This document shows, piece after piece, positions 48,211 through 57,835 of a stretch of DNA of 64,000 nucleotides. A model generated the notes under the pieces. That model did not search any database and was not told the DNA's origin. It worked only from the letters and a program-made list of their open reading frames with translations. The position numbers were made by a program, and so were the translations under genes. Position 1 is the stretch's first letter; the number at the start of each line of letters is the position of its first letter. Source of the DNA: an uncultured Myxococcales bacterium (GTDB lineage Bacteria; Myxococcota_A; UBA9042); assembly GCA_903842345.1 (NCBI GenBank), contig CAIMLR010000039.1:140268-204267 (forward strand). The letters run 5' to 3'.

Positions 48211-48639
48211 CTAACTGCCGGTCACGTCCTCTGGCAGGTGTTCAGCATCGCGAAAAATCCGGAAGAAGCCGAGGTTCTCGGCGCCGCGCAGGACGTCCCC
48301 GTAGAAGACGGCTTCGCCGACGTGGCCTTTGAGCGTGCGCAGCTCAGACGGATCGGGATTCTGCGCGCCCGCATCGCAATTCGGCCGGTTGGCGTCGTAA
48401 GTCAGCGTCACGCGGCGATTCGGATCGACATCCACGCTGCAGACGGTGAAGCGGGCAAACGCTTTGCCGGGCTCGCGCACTTCCAGCCAGCCCTTTTGGC
48501 CGTCGTCCTGGATGTGCAGCAGGAGCGGGTGAGCGGCGATCGGGCCGCGATCAAAAGTACCGTGCCAATTGCCGGCCATCGGCGCACCACAGGCGACAAA
48601 CAGCATGAGCGGCAACAGCAAAATCCAGAAGCGGGGCAT
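48211..48639 (-). CDS. Small lipoprotein, hypothetical.
   Basis: ATG (reverse complement) at 48637-48639. MPRFWILLLPLMLFVA|CGAP lipobox. The rest of track ORF 48211..49314 is antisense to pfk. Confidence 0.45.
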   Translation of the reverse strand: MPRFWILLLPLMLFVACGAPMAGNWHGTFDRGPIAAHPLLLHIQDDGQKGWLEVREPGKAFARFTVCSVDVDPNRRVTLTYDANRPNCDAGAQNPDPSELRTLKGHVGEAVFYGDVLRGAENLGFFRIFRDAEHLPEDVTGS

Positions 48640-48778
48640 AACCACCTCATCGCCAGCAAGACCGGCGCGCAGAGTGTAACACGCTCGCAGAAAGCGGACC
48701 AGAAGACGCCAACGCGCGTTGAGCTTTGCCGCCAGCCTGCTACCCTGTCGCGGGCGCAGAATTACCACGGAGAACGCA

Positions 48779-49888
48779 ATGACGCGACGAATTGGCCTCT
48801 TGACGGGCGGCGGCGACTGCCCCGGACTGAACGCAGTGATTTGGGCAGTTGTGCGGACGTGCGCGGAATCCGGCGTGGAAGTCCTTGGCATTCCAGATGG
48901 ATTTGAAGGATTGGTCGAGCCAGGCGAGATGCGCCATTTGGGCATCGCGGAAGTGCGCGACATCTTCTCGCGCGGCGGCACCGTGCTCGGCAGCACCAAC
49001 CGCGGCAATCCGTTCAAGTACGTGCACAACGTCGGCGGCATCGAGGTCACGGAAGACCGCAGCCAGCAGATTGTCGACAACATCAAAAAGCTCGGCATGG
49101 ACGGCCTGATCGCCATCGGCGGCGACGGCACGCTGTCGATTGCCCACGAACTCAACTTGATGGGCGCGAACGTCATCGGCGTGCCCAAGACCATCGACAA
49201 CGACCTGGGCAGCACGGACAACACGTTCGGCTTCTTCACCGCGGTGGAAACTGCGATGGAAGCGCTGGACCGGCTGAAGACGACTGGCGAGTCGCACGAC
49301 CGCGTGATGATCATGGAAGTGATGGGCCGCTACGCCGGCTGGATCGCCCTGGAGAGCGGGCTGACGGGCGGCGCGCACATCATCCTGATCCCGGAAATTC
49401 CGTACTCGGTGGAATCCGTGCTCGCGCGGATCCGCCGCCATTGGGACGAGGAACACCGCAATTACACGCTGATCGTCGTGGCGGAAGGCGCATTTCCGGC
49501 GGGCGGCCAGGTACAGCACATTGAGGGCGGCCGTTCGGGCAGCGTCGCGCGCTTGGGTGGCGCGGGTGCTCGCCTGGAATACGCGCTGCGCGAGGCGATG
49601 GCAGAGTGGGATCGGCCGCGCGGCGCGCCGGAAGTCCGGACGACAGTGCTGGGCCACATCCAGCGCGGCGGCTCGCCGTGTGCGTACGATCGGCTGATTT
49701 CCCTGCGTTTTGGCGCTGAAGCCGCGACGCTGGCGCTCAACGGCCAATGGAATCGGATGGTCTGCCTGCGGGGCACCGCCATCGAGAACGTTCCGCTGGT
49801 CGAAGGCATCGACAAGCCGCACAACGTCGATCCGCAGGGCCAAATGGTCCAGCACGCGCGGGCTGTCGGCATCTGTTTCGGAGACTGA
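48779..49888 (+). CDS. pfk: 6-phosphofructokinase (ATP- or PPi-dependent).
   Basis: From the Met at 48779: MTRRIGLLTGGGDCPGLNAVIWAVV, GGDGT, PKTIDNDL, MGRYAGW motifs. Confidence 0.85.
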   Translation: MTRRIGLLTGGGDCPGLNAVIWAVVRTCAESGVEVLGIPDGFEGLVEPGEMRHLGIAEVRDIFSRGGTVLGSTNRGNPFKYVHNVGGIEVTEDRSQQIVDNIKKLGMDGLIAIGGDGTLSIAHELNLMGANVIGVPKTIDNDLGSTDNTFGFFTAVETAMEALDRLKTTGESHDRVMIMEVMGRYAGWIALESGLTGGAHIILIPEIPYSVESVLARIRRHWDEEHRNYTLIVVAEGAFPAGGQVQHIEGGRSGSVARLGGAGARLEYALREAMAEWDRPRGAPEVRTTVLGHIQRGGSPCAYDRLISLRFGAEAATLALNGQWNRMVCLRGTAIENVPLVEGIDKPHNVDPQGQMVQHARAVGICFGD

Positions 49889-49890
49889 CC

Positions 49891-51516
49891 ATGTCCCTGC
49901 ACTCGCCCATCGCCAAAACCGCCGCGCGCGTCCGCACGCCCATTCCCGCCAGCGTCGACGTCGCGATTGTTGGCGCCGGACCCGGCGGCTTGATGGCGGG
50001 CGCGATCCTCGCCCGCAGCGGCCTCAAGGTCGCAATCTTTGACCAGCACTACGTCGCGGGCGGCTGTGCGACGATGTTCGAGCGCGGTCGCTCGGACGCC
50101 CGGTGGCGCTTTGACGTCGGCTTGCACTACATCGGCGACTGCGGTCCGACCGGCAAGATTCCCAGCCTGCTCCGCCAAGTCGGCGTCACGCTGGAGTACG
50201 CGGAACTGGATCCGGACGGCTTTGACACGATCGTGCTGCCCGGCATGCGGTTTCGCATCCCCGTGGGCCACGAAAAGTACCGGCAGCGGCTCTACGAGCA
50301 CTTTCCCAAGGAGAAGAAGGGCATCGACCGCTACGTGCAGTTGCTGCTCGAGATCGACCGCACGACGCGCAAGATGGAGAGCGCGGGCGGCAAGCTGGGC
50401 TTTGGCATGGCGGTGGACACGCTGCTGCACGGTCGGCTGCTGCTGCGGTACCAGAACGCGACAATCGCCCAGGTCCTGGACGATTGCACGCAGGACAAGG
50501 CGCTGCGGGCGGTGCTGTTGGGGCAATCGGGCGACTATGGCGTGCCGCCGTCGCAGGCCAGCGCGATGCTGCATTGCGGGCTGGCCAACCATTATTTCCA
50601 CGGCGCGTACTATCCCAAGGGCGGCGGGCAGACGATCGCGGACAGCCTCGCGGACACGATTGAAGCGGCGGGCGGCACGGTCCATTTGCGCTGCGGTATC
50701 GCGAAGATCCGCATCGAGGATGGCAAGGCGGTGGGCGTCCTGACCGAGGAGGTGCACGGCGCGAGCCACGACGTGCGCGCCAAGCTCGTGCTCTCGAACG
50801 CGGACATGAAGGCGACGCTGCTGAAGCTCGTGGGACCGGAGCAGTTGCCGGACAGCTGGGTCCAAAAAGCGGACCAGATGCAGATGGGCGGCGCGCTCTT
50901 CCTGTCTTGTTTTGGCCTGCAAGGGACGGCGGCGGAAAATGGCCTCTCGGCGAGCAACTTCTGGCAGTTTGACGACTACGACGCCGAACGTTACTACGCC
51001 GACGCCGCGACCGGCGCGCTGCCGCGGGGCTGCTACGTGACAAGCGGCACGGCCAAGGATCCGACGACGCCCGGCCACGCGCCCGATGGCATGACCGGCG
51101 TGGAAGTGATGGCGCTCTCAGCCGGCAAGCCGGAAGCGTGGGGCGTGACGCCAGAGTCGCTGTGGAACGACAGCTACCGCAAGAACCCGGTCTATCTGGC
51201 CAGGAAACAGGCCGTGGAAGACGACCTGCTGCGCCGCCTGGACGGCCTGTGCCCCGGTGCAGCAGGACGCGTGGTGTTCAAGGAATCGGCGACGCCGCTG
51301 ACCCACACGCGGTTCACGCGGGCGACCGACGGCACGGGCTACGGCCTCGCCGCGATTCCCGCCCAGTTCCTGCGCAATCGCCCGGGCTATCGCGGGCCAA
51401 TGGCCGGTCTGTATTTCTGTGGCGCGTCGACGCGCGCAGGCCACGGCATCGTTGGCGCGATGATGTCCGGCGAACAGGCCGCCAAGCGGATCCTGGCGGA
51501 CTTGGCGGCGACCTGA
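49891..51516 (+). CDS. FAD/NAD(P)-dependent oxidoreductase of the phytoene-desaturase (CrtI-like) family.
   Basis: ATG at 49891 (MSLHSPIAK…). Rossmann motif VAIVGAGPGGLMAGAILARSGLKVAIFD. C-terminal YFCGASTRAGHGIVGAMMSG typical of CrtI-like amine-oxidase-fold enzymes. Confidence 0.75.
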   Translation: MSLHSPIAKTAARVRTPIPASVDVAIVGAGPGGLMAGAILARSGLKVAIFDQHYVAGGCATMFERGRSDARWRFDVGLHYIGDCGPTGKIPSLLRQVGVTLEYAELDPDGFDTIVLPGMRFRIPVGHEKYRQRLYEHFPKEKKGIDRYVQLLLEIDRTTRKMESAGGKLGFGMAVDTLLHGRLLLRYQNATIAQVLDDCTQDKALRAVLLGQSGDYGVPPSQASAMLHCGLANHYFHGAYYPKGGGQTIADSLADTIEAAGGTVHLRCGIAKIRIEDGKAVGVLTEEVHGASHDVRAKLVLSNADMKATLLKLVGPEQLPDSWVQKADQMQMGGALFLSCFGLQGTAAENGLSASNFWQFDDYDAERYYADAATGALPRGCYVTSGTAKDPTTPGHAPDGMTGVEVMALSAGKPEAWGVTPESLWNDSYRKNPVYLARKQAVEDDLLRRLDGLCPGAAGRVVFKESATPLTHTRFTRATDGTGYGLAAIPAQFLRNRPGYRGPMAGLYFCGASTRAGHGIVGAMMSGEQAAKRILADLAAT

Positions 51517-51519
51517 CGG

Positions 51520-52938
51520 CTACGCCTTCAACGCATGCAGCGGGTGGCCCATCGCGCCATGCGCGGCTTCCATCATCGCCTCGGCCATCGTCGGGTGCGC
51601 GTGCACCGTCAGCGCGATGTCTTCAGTCGTGGCAGCCATCTCCAGCGCGAGCCCGGCAGACGCGATCAGCTCCGACGCCTCCGCGCCGACGATCTGCACC
51701 GCGAGCACCAGGTCGGTCTTCTCGTCGCTGATGATGCGGACAAACCCCTCGGTCGCGTTCGCCGTCATCGCCCGGCCCAGCGCACCAAAGCCGAACTTGC
51801 CGATCTTGAGCTTCCTGCCCGTCGCCTGCAGTTCCGCCAGCGTCGGCCCAACCGTCGCGATCTCCGGGTCCGTGTAGACGACGTTCGGCATCGCCACAAC
51901 GTCCAGCGCGGTCTTCTTGCCCGCCACTGATTCCGCCGCCACTTCGCCGTCCTTGGACGCTTTGTGCGCCAGCATCGGCCCCGGCGTGATGTCGCCCACC
52001 GCCCAGATGTTCGCCGCCGTCGTCTTCAGTTGGTTGTCCACCGCGATCACGCCGCGTTTGTCCGCGACAAGCCCGACCGTCGCCAGCCCGAGGTTCGCGG
52101 TATTCGGCCGCCGGCCCACCGCCACCAGCACGACGTCGACTTCCACGGCATCGGGCTTGCCGGCCACTTCCACGTCCACGCGCACGCGGCCGTTGGGCAG
52201 CTTGGTCGCGGCCAAAGCCTTGGCGCCCTGCAGGTGCTTCACGCCGAGCTTGATCTGCTTCTGGTACACCGGCCGCGCCACATCCGCGTCAAACATCGAG
52301 AGGATCCGCTCGGCCGCCTCGATGACCGTCACCTGCACGCCGAGGCGCGCGTACACGTCCGTCAGCTCCAGGCCAATCACGCCGCCGCCGATGACCGCCA
52401 TGGCCTTGGGCAGTTCGCTGAGGGCGAGCGCGCCGGTCGAGTCGATGATCTGCTTGCCGTCAAACGCAAAGCCGGGGATTTCGATCGGGCTGGAGCCGGT
52501 CGCGAGAACGAGCTTGCCGTAGCCAACCGTCTCCGTCTTGCCGTCCGCGCCGGTCACGACGATCCTGCCGGGGCCCGCCAGCTTGCCCACGCCGACGATG
52601 TGCGTCACGCCGTTGCCCTTGAACAGCCCGCCGATGCCGCTCGACAGCTTCTGCGTGATGCCGGTCTTCCACGTCTGCATCGTCGCCATGTCGACCCGGA
52701 GGTCGCCCGCGATGACGCCCATGGCCGCGCCGTCCTTGGCCTTTTTGTAGACCTTGGACGCGTGGATCAGCGCCTTGGACGGAATGCAGCCGACGTTGAG
52801 GCAGACGCCGCCGAGCGGGCCCTTGTCGATGCACGCGGTCTTGAGGCCGTATTGGGCGAGGCGAATGGCGCAGACGTAGCCGCCCGGGCCGGAGCCGAGG
52901 ACGATGGCGTCAAAGGTGCGAATCGATTCCGTAGCCAT
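51520..52938 (-). CDS. lpdA: Dihydrolipoyl dehydrogenase (E3).
   Basis: FDAIVLGSGPGGYVCAIRLAQYGLKTACIDKGPLGGVCLNVGCIPSKAL (redox-active disulfide). C-terminal HAHPTMAEA interface motif. Confidence 0.9.
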   Translation of the reverse strand: MATESIRTFDAIVLGSGPGGYVCAIRLAQYGLKTACIDKGPLGGVCLNVGCIPSKALIHASKVYKKAKDGAAMGVIAGDLRVDMATMQTWKTGITQKLSSGIGGLFKGNGVTHIVGVGKLAGPGRIVVTGADGKTETVGYGKLVLATGSSPIEIPGFAFDGKQIIDSTGALALSELPKAMAVIGGGVIGLELTDVYARLGVQVTVIEAAERILSMFDADVARPVYQKQIKLGVKHLQGAKALAATKLPNGRVRVDVEVAGKPDAVEVDVVLVAVGRRPNTANLGLATVGLVADKRGVIAVDNQLKTTAANIWAVGDITPGPMLAHKASKDGEVAAESVAGKKTALDVVAMPNVVYTDPEIATVGPTLAELQATGRKLKIGKFGFGALGRAMTANATEGFVRIISDEKTDLVLAVQIVGAEASELIASAGLALEMAATTEDIALTVHAHPTMAEAMMEAAHGAMGHPLHALKA

Positions 52939-52951
52939 GAATACTCTCCCG

Positions 52952-54400
52952 TTACGGCGTGAGCAGCCGCTTCAACATCCGATCGACCGCGCCGCGATAG
53001 GCCCCCGGTCCGCTCTTGATGCCGTTGTAAAAGACCGCGAAGACGTAGGTTTTTTCGCCCGCCTGGGCGTAGCCCGCCAGCCCGACCACGTCGTCCAGCG
53101 TCCCCGTCTTGGCCTGAATCTTGCCCTGCGTCTGCGGGTCGTGCATGCGGCCGCGGAGCGTCCCGTCCACGCCGGCGATCGGCAGCGTGGCGCGCCAATT
53201 GGCGCCCGCCGGATCCTTGTGCATCGCGCGCAGCAGGTCGACAACGGTCTGCGTCGTCACTTTGTCGGCGTGGTACAGCCCCGAGCCATTGCCCAGCACG
53301 CTGCCGTTCCAGCGGATCTGCAGCGTCTCCAAGGTCTTGCGCACCGCCGCTTCAGCCTTCTCGTTGGTCACGGGAATCTGGCCTTGACCCGCGGCGGTCT
53401 GGCGGAACATCGTCTCGGCGTACCCGTTGTGCGAGTGCTTGTTTGTCACGCTGACGATTTCCTGCAACGTCGGCGACTTGCGGGACGCGATCACCGCCAG
53501 CTCCGGCGCCTTGGCAAACGTGGGCGCCGGCACCGCGATGCCGCGCTTGAGCAGCGCCTGCTGGAACACCCAGCCCGCGTAGAAGCTGCCGTCCGCCACG
53601 CGCCGCCGTCCCGAGCCGATCGCCTTGTGCGCGACCGCGATCGTCCCCTGCACAACGACTTCAGTCACCCGCCCGTTGGGCCGCGTGACAATCGTCAGCG
53701 CGTCTTTCTTGCCCGCGACCGTCTTGGCCTCGTTCACGACGACAACCGCGTCACCTGCCGCCGGACCCACTTCGACAAGCGGCGCCTCGCCCACCGCGCC
53801 AGGCTTGACCGCCGCGTGCACCGTGCCGGCTTCGCACTGCAGCCCGCCAATCGGCGCGCGAAAGGCCGCGTCGGTCTGCTTCTCGTCAAAGCCCTTGGGC
53901 AGCTTGTCGTCAAACACCGTCGCGTCGATGACGAGCTTGGCGATCTTCGTCACGCCCTTCTTCTGCACTTCCGCGGCGAGCTTGGCGTAATCCGTCGCGA
54001 ACATCGTCGGATCGCCCGAGCCGACAAGCGCGAGCGTCGCCACTTCGCCGTTCTTGATGGCGCTCGCGCGCACGTCCGTGACAAACGCCTTGTCCGCGGG
54101 CAGCGTCTTCATGACGGCGGCCGTGGAGAAGAGCTTCGCCACCGACGCGGGATGCACAAGCTTCTTCCCGTCCAGATCGAGGACCACTTCACCCGTCGCC
54201 AGGTCGACGATCGTCGCCACCGCCGTGACCTTGCCGCCAACGCCCGTCAGGATGCTGCGCAGTGCCTCGCCCAGCGCGCTCGCCGCGGGCACCTTCGCGG
54301 GCGTGGGCACGACCGGCTGCGCGGACACGGGCCCGGGCAGCACAAGCGCGCACAACAACGCGAATTTCGAAAAGGAATGAACTGGAATTTGCTGCAACAT
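52952..54400 (-). CDS. dacB: D-alanyl-D-alanine carboxypeptidase/endopeptidase (PBP4/DacB, peptidase S13 family).
   Basis: SxxK active-site motif (PASVAKLFSTAAVM), an SHN-type motif (KHSHNGYAE), KTG (IQAKTGTLD). Signal peptide from the Met at 54400 (MLQQIPVHSFSKFALLCALVLPGPVSA). The ORF extends to 54502. Confidence 0.7.
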   Translation of the reverse strand: MLQQIPVHSFSKFALLCALVLPGPVSAQPVVPTPAKVPAASALGEALRSILTGVGGKVTAVATIVDLATGEVVLDLDGKKLVHPASVAKLFSTAAVMKTLPADKAFVTDVRASAIKNGEVATLALVGSGDPTMFATDYAKLAAEVQKKGVTKIAKLVIDATVFDDKLPKGFDEKQTDAAFRAPIGGLQCEAGTVHAAVKPGAVGEAPLVEVGPAAGDAVVVVNEAKTVAGKKDALTIVTRPNGRVTEVVVQGTIAVAHKAIGSGRRRVADGSFYAGWVFQQALLKRGIAVPAPTFAKAPELAVIASRKSPTLQEIVSVTNKHSHNGYAETMFRQTAAGQGQIPVTNEKAEAAVRKTLETLQIRWNGSVLGNGSGLYHADKVTTQTVVDLLRAMHKDPAGANWRATLPIAGVDGTLRGRMHDPQTQGKIQAKTGTLDDVVGLAGYAQAGEKTYVFAVFYNGIKSGPGAYRGAVDRMLKRLLTP

Positions 54401-54664
54401 CGCCTGCCAACTGCGCGATCGCGCGGGCGGAAGGTAGCGCGGAAACGGCGGCGGCAAAAGGATAAGCCGGGCAATTTTGCAACCCCGCAAGATTTTGCGC
54501 ACTTAGCGGCGATCCCACGGGAATGGCCATTTCTGAATGGGCTCAAGCACTTGCACACGGCGCGGCGGCATGGCGCGACCGCCACGTCGGCGGGATAGTT
54601 GGGTTTTTTTGCAGAAGCGCGGCGAGCATCCTAGCCTGTAAGCAGGGCATGGGAGGCCCGTACA

Positions 54665-56092
54665 ATGGAATCCGACCCGGAACCTGGTGTGCGTCCTGAT
54701 CGTCCGTCCCGCATTCCCCTGCTCGGGGTGATTTTCCTGCTGCTGGCGCTGATCGCGCTGGCGACGCCCGCCGACGCGCAGGTCCCGACTGACCGCGCGC
54801 TGCAGAACGTCGGCCTGATTCCGGAGGGCGGCGAAAAAACCTTTGCCGCAGACGATTTTTCCGGACCGCCGCCGCGCGATTGGCAGACCGGCAGCCCACC
54901 GCCGCCGCCCTTTGCCGCTTGGTCCATGGCGCCGGGCTACGTGCGCCGCGAACCGCGAATGGCCTCGCGCCTGACGGGCGTCCTCCAGCGCGGCGACACC
55001 GTAAACGTGACGTCCTGCGTGCCCGACTGCAAGGCACCCAAGGCATGGGCGATTCTCGGCACCGACGGCGCGGTTCCGCTGCGCGCGCTGCGGCCGCTGC
55101 CCGTTCCACCTGAAGCGTATGGCACCTCCGCGGCAGCGCGGTATGAGTACGGTCACCCCGCGGGCGGCACGCCGCAGGTCTTTGCCGAGCCCAACGCGAA
55201 ATCCAAGGTGCTGCGCAAGGAGAAATCCGACTTCCGCTTGGCGTTTGTGCCCAATCCCGCGCAGGCCCAGCGCGGTTGGCTGCAGCGGCCCGATGGCGGC
55301 TGGATGCGCACGCGGGACATCAAGCTCTTCACGCCGTCCAAGTTTGAGGGTGTGCGCGACGGGAACCAGGGCGCGTTTGTTTTCGTCCGCCACAAGATCG
55401 TGCTGAAGGTGCCGCAGGATCCCAAGACCAAGGCTGTCAAGCCGACGCCGGAGCAGCTGCTCGCGCGCACCCTCAAGCGTTACGACCACTTGCCGCTGCT
55501 CGGCGAGAAGAATGGCCGCGTGTCGGTGCCCGGCGGTTCGCTGCCGGCTGGCGCGGTGCGCATCGTCCGTCAGGTGCCGCGGCCCAAGGGCGTCGCGCCG
55601 ACCGACCACTGGATCTACGTGGACCTGCACGAGCAGGTGCTCACGGCGTATCTGGGTGACCAGCGCGAGCTGGCGACGCTGGTTTCCACGGGCAAGAGCG
55701 ACAAGAAATCGCACATGACCCACGAAGGCACGTTCAAGCTCTACGCCAAGTCGGTGCATACCTCGATGCGCGGCAAGCCGTGGGATGACTACTACGCCGA
55801 GGAAGTGCCGTGGACGATGCACTACGACGAGGGCCGCGCGCTGCATGGCGCGTACTGGCATGACCAGTTCGGCATCCAGAAGTCGCACGGCTGTGTGAAC
55901 CTGTCGCCCGCAGACGCCGCTTGGCTGTTCCAGTGGATGCCGCCCAAGCTGCCCGATGGCTGGCACTCGGTCCTGCCCGTCAGCGGCAAGATGGCGACCG
56001 TGTGGGTCATCGTCGCGGATCCCAGCAAGGGGTCGCACAAGCCGGTGCGGCACGTCGCGGCGGCGCAGAACGGGCGTCTTGCCAAGCAGTAG
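54665..56092 (+). CDS. L,D-transpeptidase (YkuD-domain) family protein, secreted.
   Basis: N-terminal TM/signal. C-terminal YkuD catalytic motif HGAYWHDQFGIQKSHGCVNLSPADAAWLFQW (His … Cys). Confidence 0.75.
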   Translation: MESDPEPGVRPDRPSRIPLLGVIFLLLALIALATPADAQVPTDRALQNVGLIPEGGEKTFAADDFSGPPPRDWQTGSPPPPPFAAWSMAPGYVRREPRMASRLTGVLQRGDTVNVTSCVPDCKAPKAWAILGTDGAVPLRALRPLPVPPEAYGTSAAARYEYGHPAGGTPQVFAEPNAKSKVLRKEKSDFRLAFVPNPAQAQRGWLQRPDGGWMRTRDIKLFTPSKFEGVRDGNQGAFVFVRHKIVLKVPQDPKTKAVKPTPEQLLARTLKRYDHLPLLGEKNGRVSVPGGSLPAGAVRIVRQVPRPKGVAPTDHWIYVDLHEQVLTAYLGDQRELATLVSTGKSDKKSHMTHEGTFKLYAKSVHTSMRGKPWDDYYAEEVPWTMHYDEGRALHGAYWHDQFGIQKSHGCVNLSPADAAWLFQWMPPKLPDGWHSVLPVSGKMATVWVIVADPSKGSHKPVRHVAAAQNGRLAKQ

Positions 56093-56095
56093 CGG

Positions 56096-57835
56096 TCAGG
56101 CCGGCAGGAGCGCGATCAGCGTCGCCTGCAGCGAAACTCTGCCGTTGAACGCGTTGCGTTCCAGACGGACCACAGCGTCGACCCGCGCGCCATCGCCAAA
56201 CCCTTCCATGACCGATCGCGCGCAAAACGCGTCCACGCCCTGCCGCGCCCACGCCGGTTGGTTCCCCGCCGCCAGCAGCGACGTTTTGCACCAGTCCTGA
56301 TCCTTGCCCACGAATTTTGGCCGGTGCACTTCCACGCCGCGCAGGAGAAACTGCGGCCGCTCGTTGCCCTTTCCGCACGGCTCCAGCTGATCGAGCAGAT
56401 CGACGATCGACAGCTCCAGTTCCGCGATTGTCAGCGTCGCGTCGATGCGGATCGCCCGGTCGCGCCGCTCCAACGGCAGGGTCGCCGCGACGTGCGCCTG
56501 CAACCGCGTGCGGAACGTATCCACCCGATCGGCCGCCAAGGTCACGCCCGCGGCCATCGCGTGGCCGCCAAAACGCTCAAACAGACCCTCGGCGTGAATC
56601 GCCCGCAGGCCATCGACGAGGTCGTAGCCGGAAATGGACCGCCCCGAGCCGCGCGCCATGCCATCGGGGCAAATCGCCAGCACAAACGTCGGCGCCGCCA
56701 GTTCGTCCTTCACCTTGTTCGCGACGATCCCGACCACGCCCTGATGCCAATCCGCGTGCGCCACGACGACGCCGTGAGCGTTGCCTTCCTGCACGCGCGC
56801 CTGCGCCAGCGCGGCCACGGTCGCGAGCGCCTGCGCGTCCTTGCGGCGGTTATTCTCCAGGTCGATCAGCTCGGCGAGCTCGAGCGCGCGCGCCGGATTC
56901 TGCGTCGTCAGCAGTTCAAACGCCGTCTGCGGGTCCGCCATGCGCCCCGCGGCGTTGATCGGCGGCGCGAGGTGAAAGCCCACGCGATCCGCGCTGACCA
57001 TCGCGATTTTGGTGTTGCGCGCGGCCAGCGTCTGCACGCCGGGCCGCTGCGACTGGCCGAGCAGCCGCAGCCCGTGCCAGCACAGGATGCGGTTGACGCC
57101 GCGCATGGGCGACATGTCCGCGATCGTGCCCAGCGCGGACAGCTCGATCAGCGACTTCAGCTCGACGGGCTTGCCCACGCCGCGACTGTGCAGCTCGCGC
57201 CGCAGCGCCTGCGCCAGCACCATCGCCACGCCGACGGCGGACAGGGACTTGTCCGGGTACGTGCACTCCGGCTGTTGCGGATTGAGCAGAACCGACGCGT
57301 TGGGGCGCACGGGACCCAGCGCGTGGTGGTCGCAGACAATGAAATGGCGGCCGCGATCGCGCACGGCCTGGATTTCGCGCACCGACGTCGTACCGCAGTC
57401 GACGGAGATGAAGAGCGCCACCCCTTCGTCGCACAGCTCCTGCAGACGGTCGTAGTGCAGGCCGTAGCCGTCGCGGAAGCGATCGGGCAGGAACACGCGG
57501 ACGGTATGGCCCAAGCGGCGGAAAAGGTCGTCCAGCAACGCCGCTGCGCTGATGCCATCGACGTCGTAGTCGCCGTAGACGCAGATCTTGTCGCCTGCCT
57601 GCAAAGCGTCCGCGACGAGGCGCGCCGCCGCCATCACGCCGGTCATCAGCGTGGGATCGGGCAGATCCGCCAGCTGCGGCTGCAGGAACTTGCTGGCGAG
57701 CTCAGGGGTGTGGATTCCGCGCAGCACGAGGATGCGCGCGAGCAGAGGCGGCACACCGGAGGCGATGAGCGCGGCGACTTGGGCGTCGTCCGGCTCCCGG
57801 ATTTCCAGGTGCGCCTTCAGGGCAGGCACGGGCAA
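56096..57835 (-). CDS. recJ: Single-stranded-DNA-specific exonuclease RecJ.
   Basis: DHH motifs (ICVYGDYDVDGISAAALL, FISVDCGTT, FIVCDHHA) plus DHHA1 and an OB fold C-terminally. Confidence 0.85.
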   Translation of the reverse strand: MPVPALKAHLEIREPDDAQVAALIASGVPPLLARILVLRGIHTPELASKFLQPQLADLPDPTLMTGVMAAARLVADALQAGDKICVYGDYDVDGISAAALLDDLFRRLGHTVRVFLPDRFRDGYGLHYDRLQELCDEGVALFISVDCGTTSVREIQAVRDRGRHFIVCDHHALGPVRPNASVLLNPQQPECTYPDKSLSAVGVAMVLAQALRRELHSRGVGKPVELKSLIELSALGTIADMSPMRGVNRILCWHGLRLLGQSQRPGVQTLAARNTKIAMVSADRVGFHLAPPINAAGRMADPQTAFELLTTQNPARALELAELIDLENNRRKDAQALATVAALAQARVQEGNAHGVVVAHADWHQGVVGIVANKVKDELAAPTFVLAICPDGMARGSGRSISGYDLVDGLRAIHAEGLFERFGGHAMAAGVTLAADRVDTFRTRLQAHVAATLPLERRDRAIRIDATLTIAELELSIVDLLDQLEPCGKGNERPQFLLRGVEVHRPKFVGKDQDWCKTSLLAAGNQPAWARQGVDAFCARSVMEGFGDGARVDAVVRLERNAFNGRVSLQATLIALLPA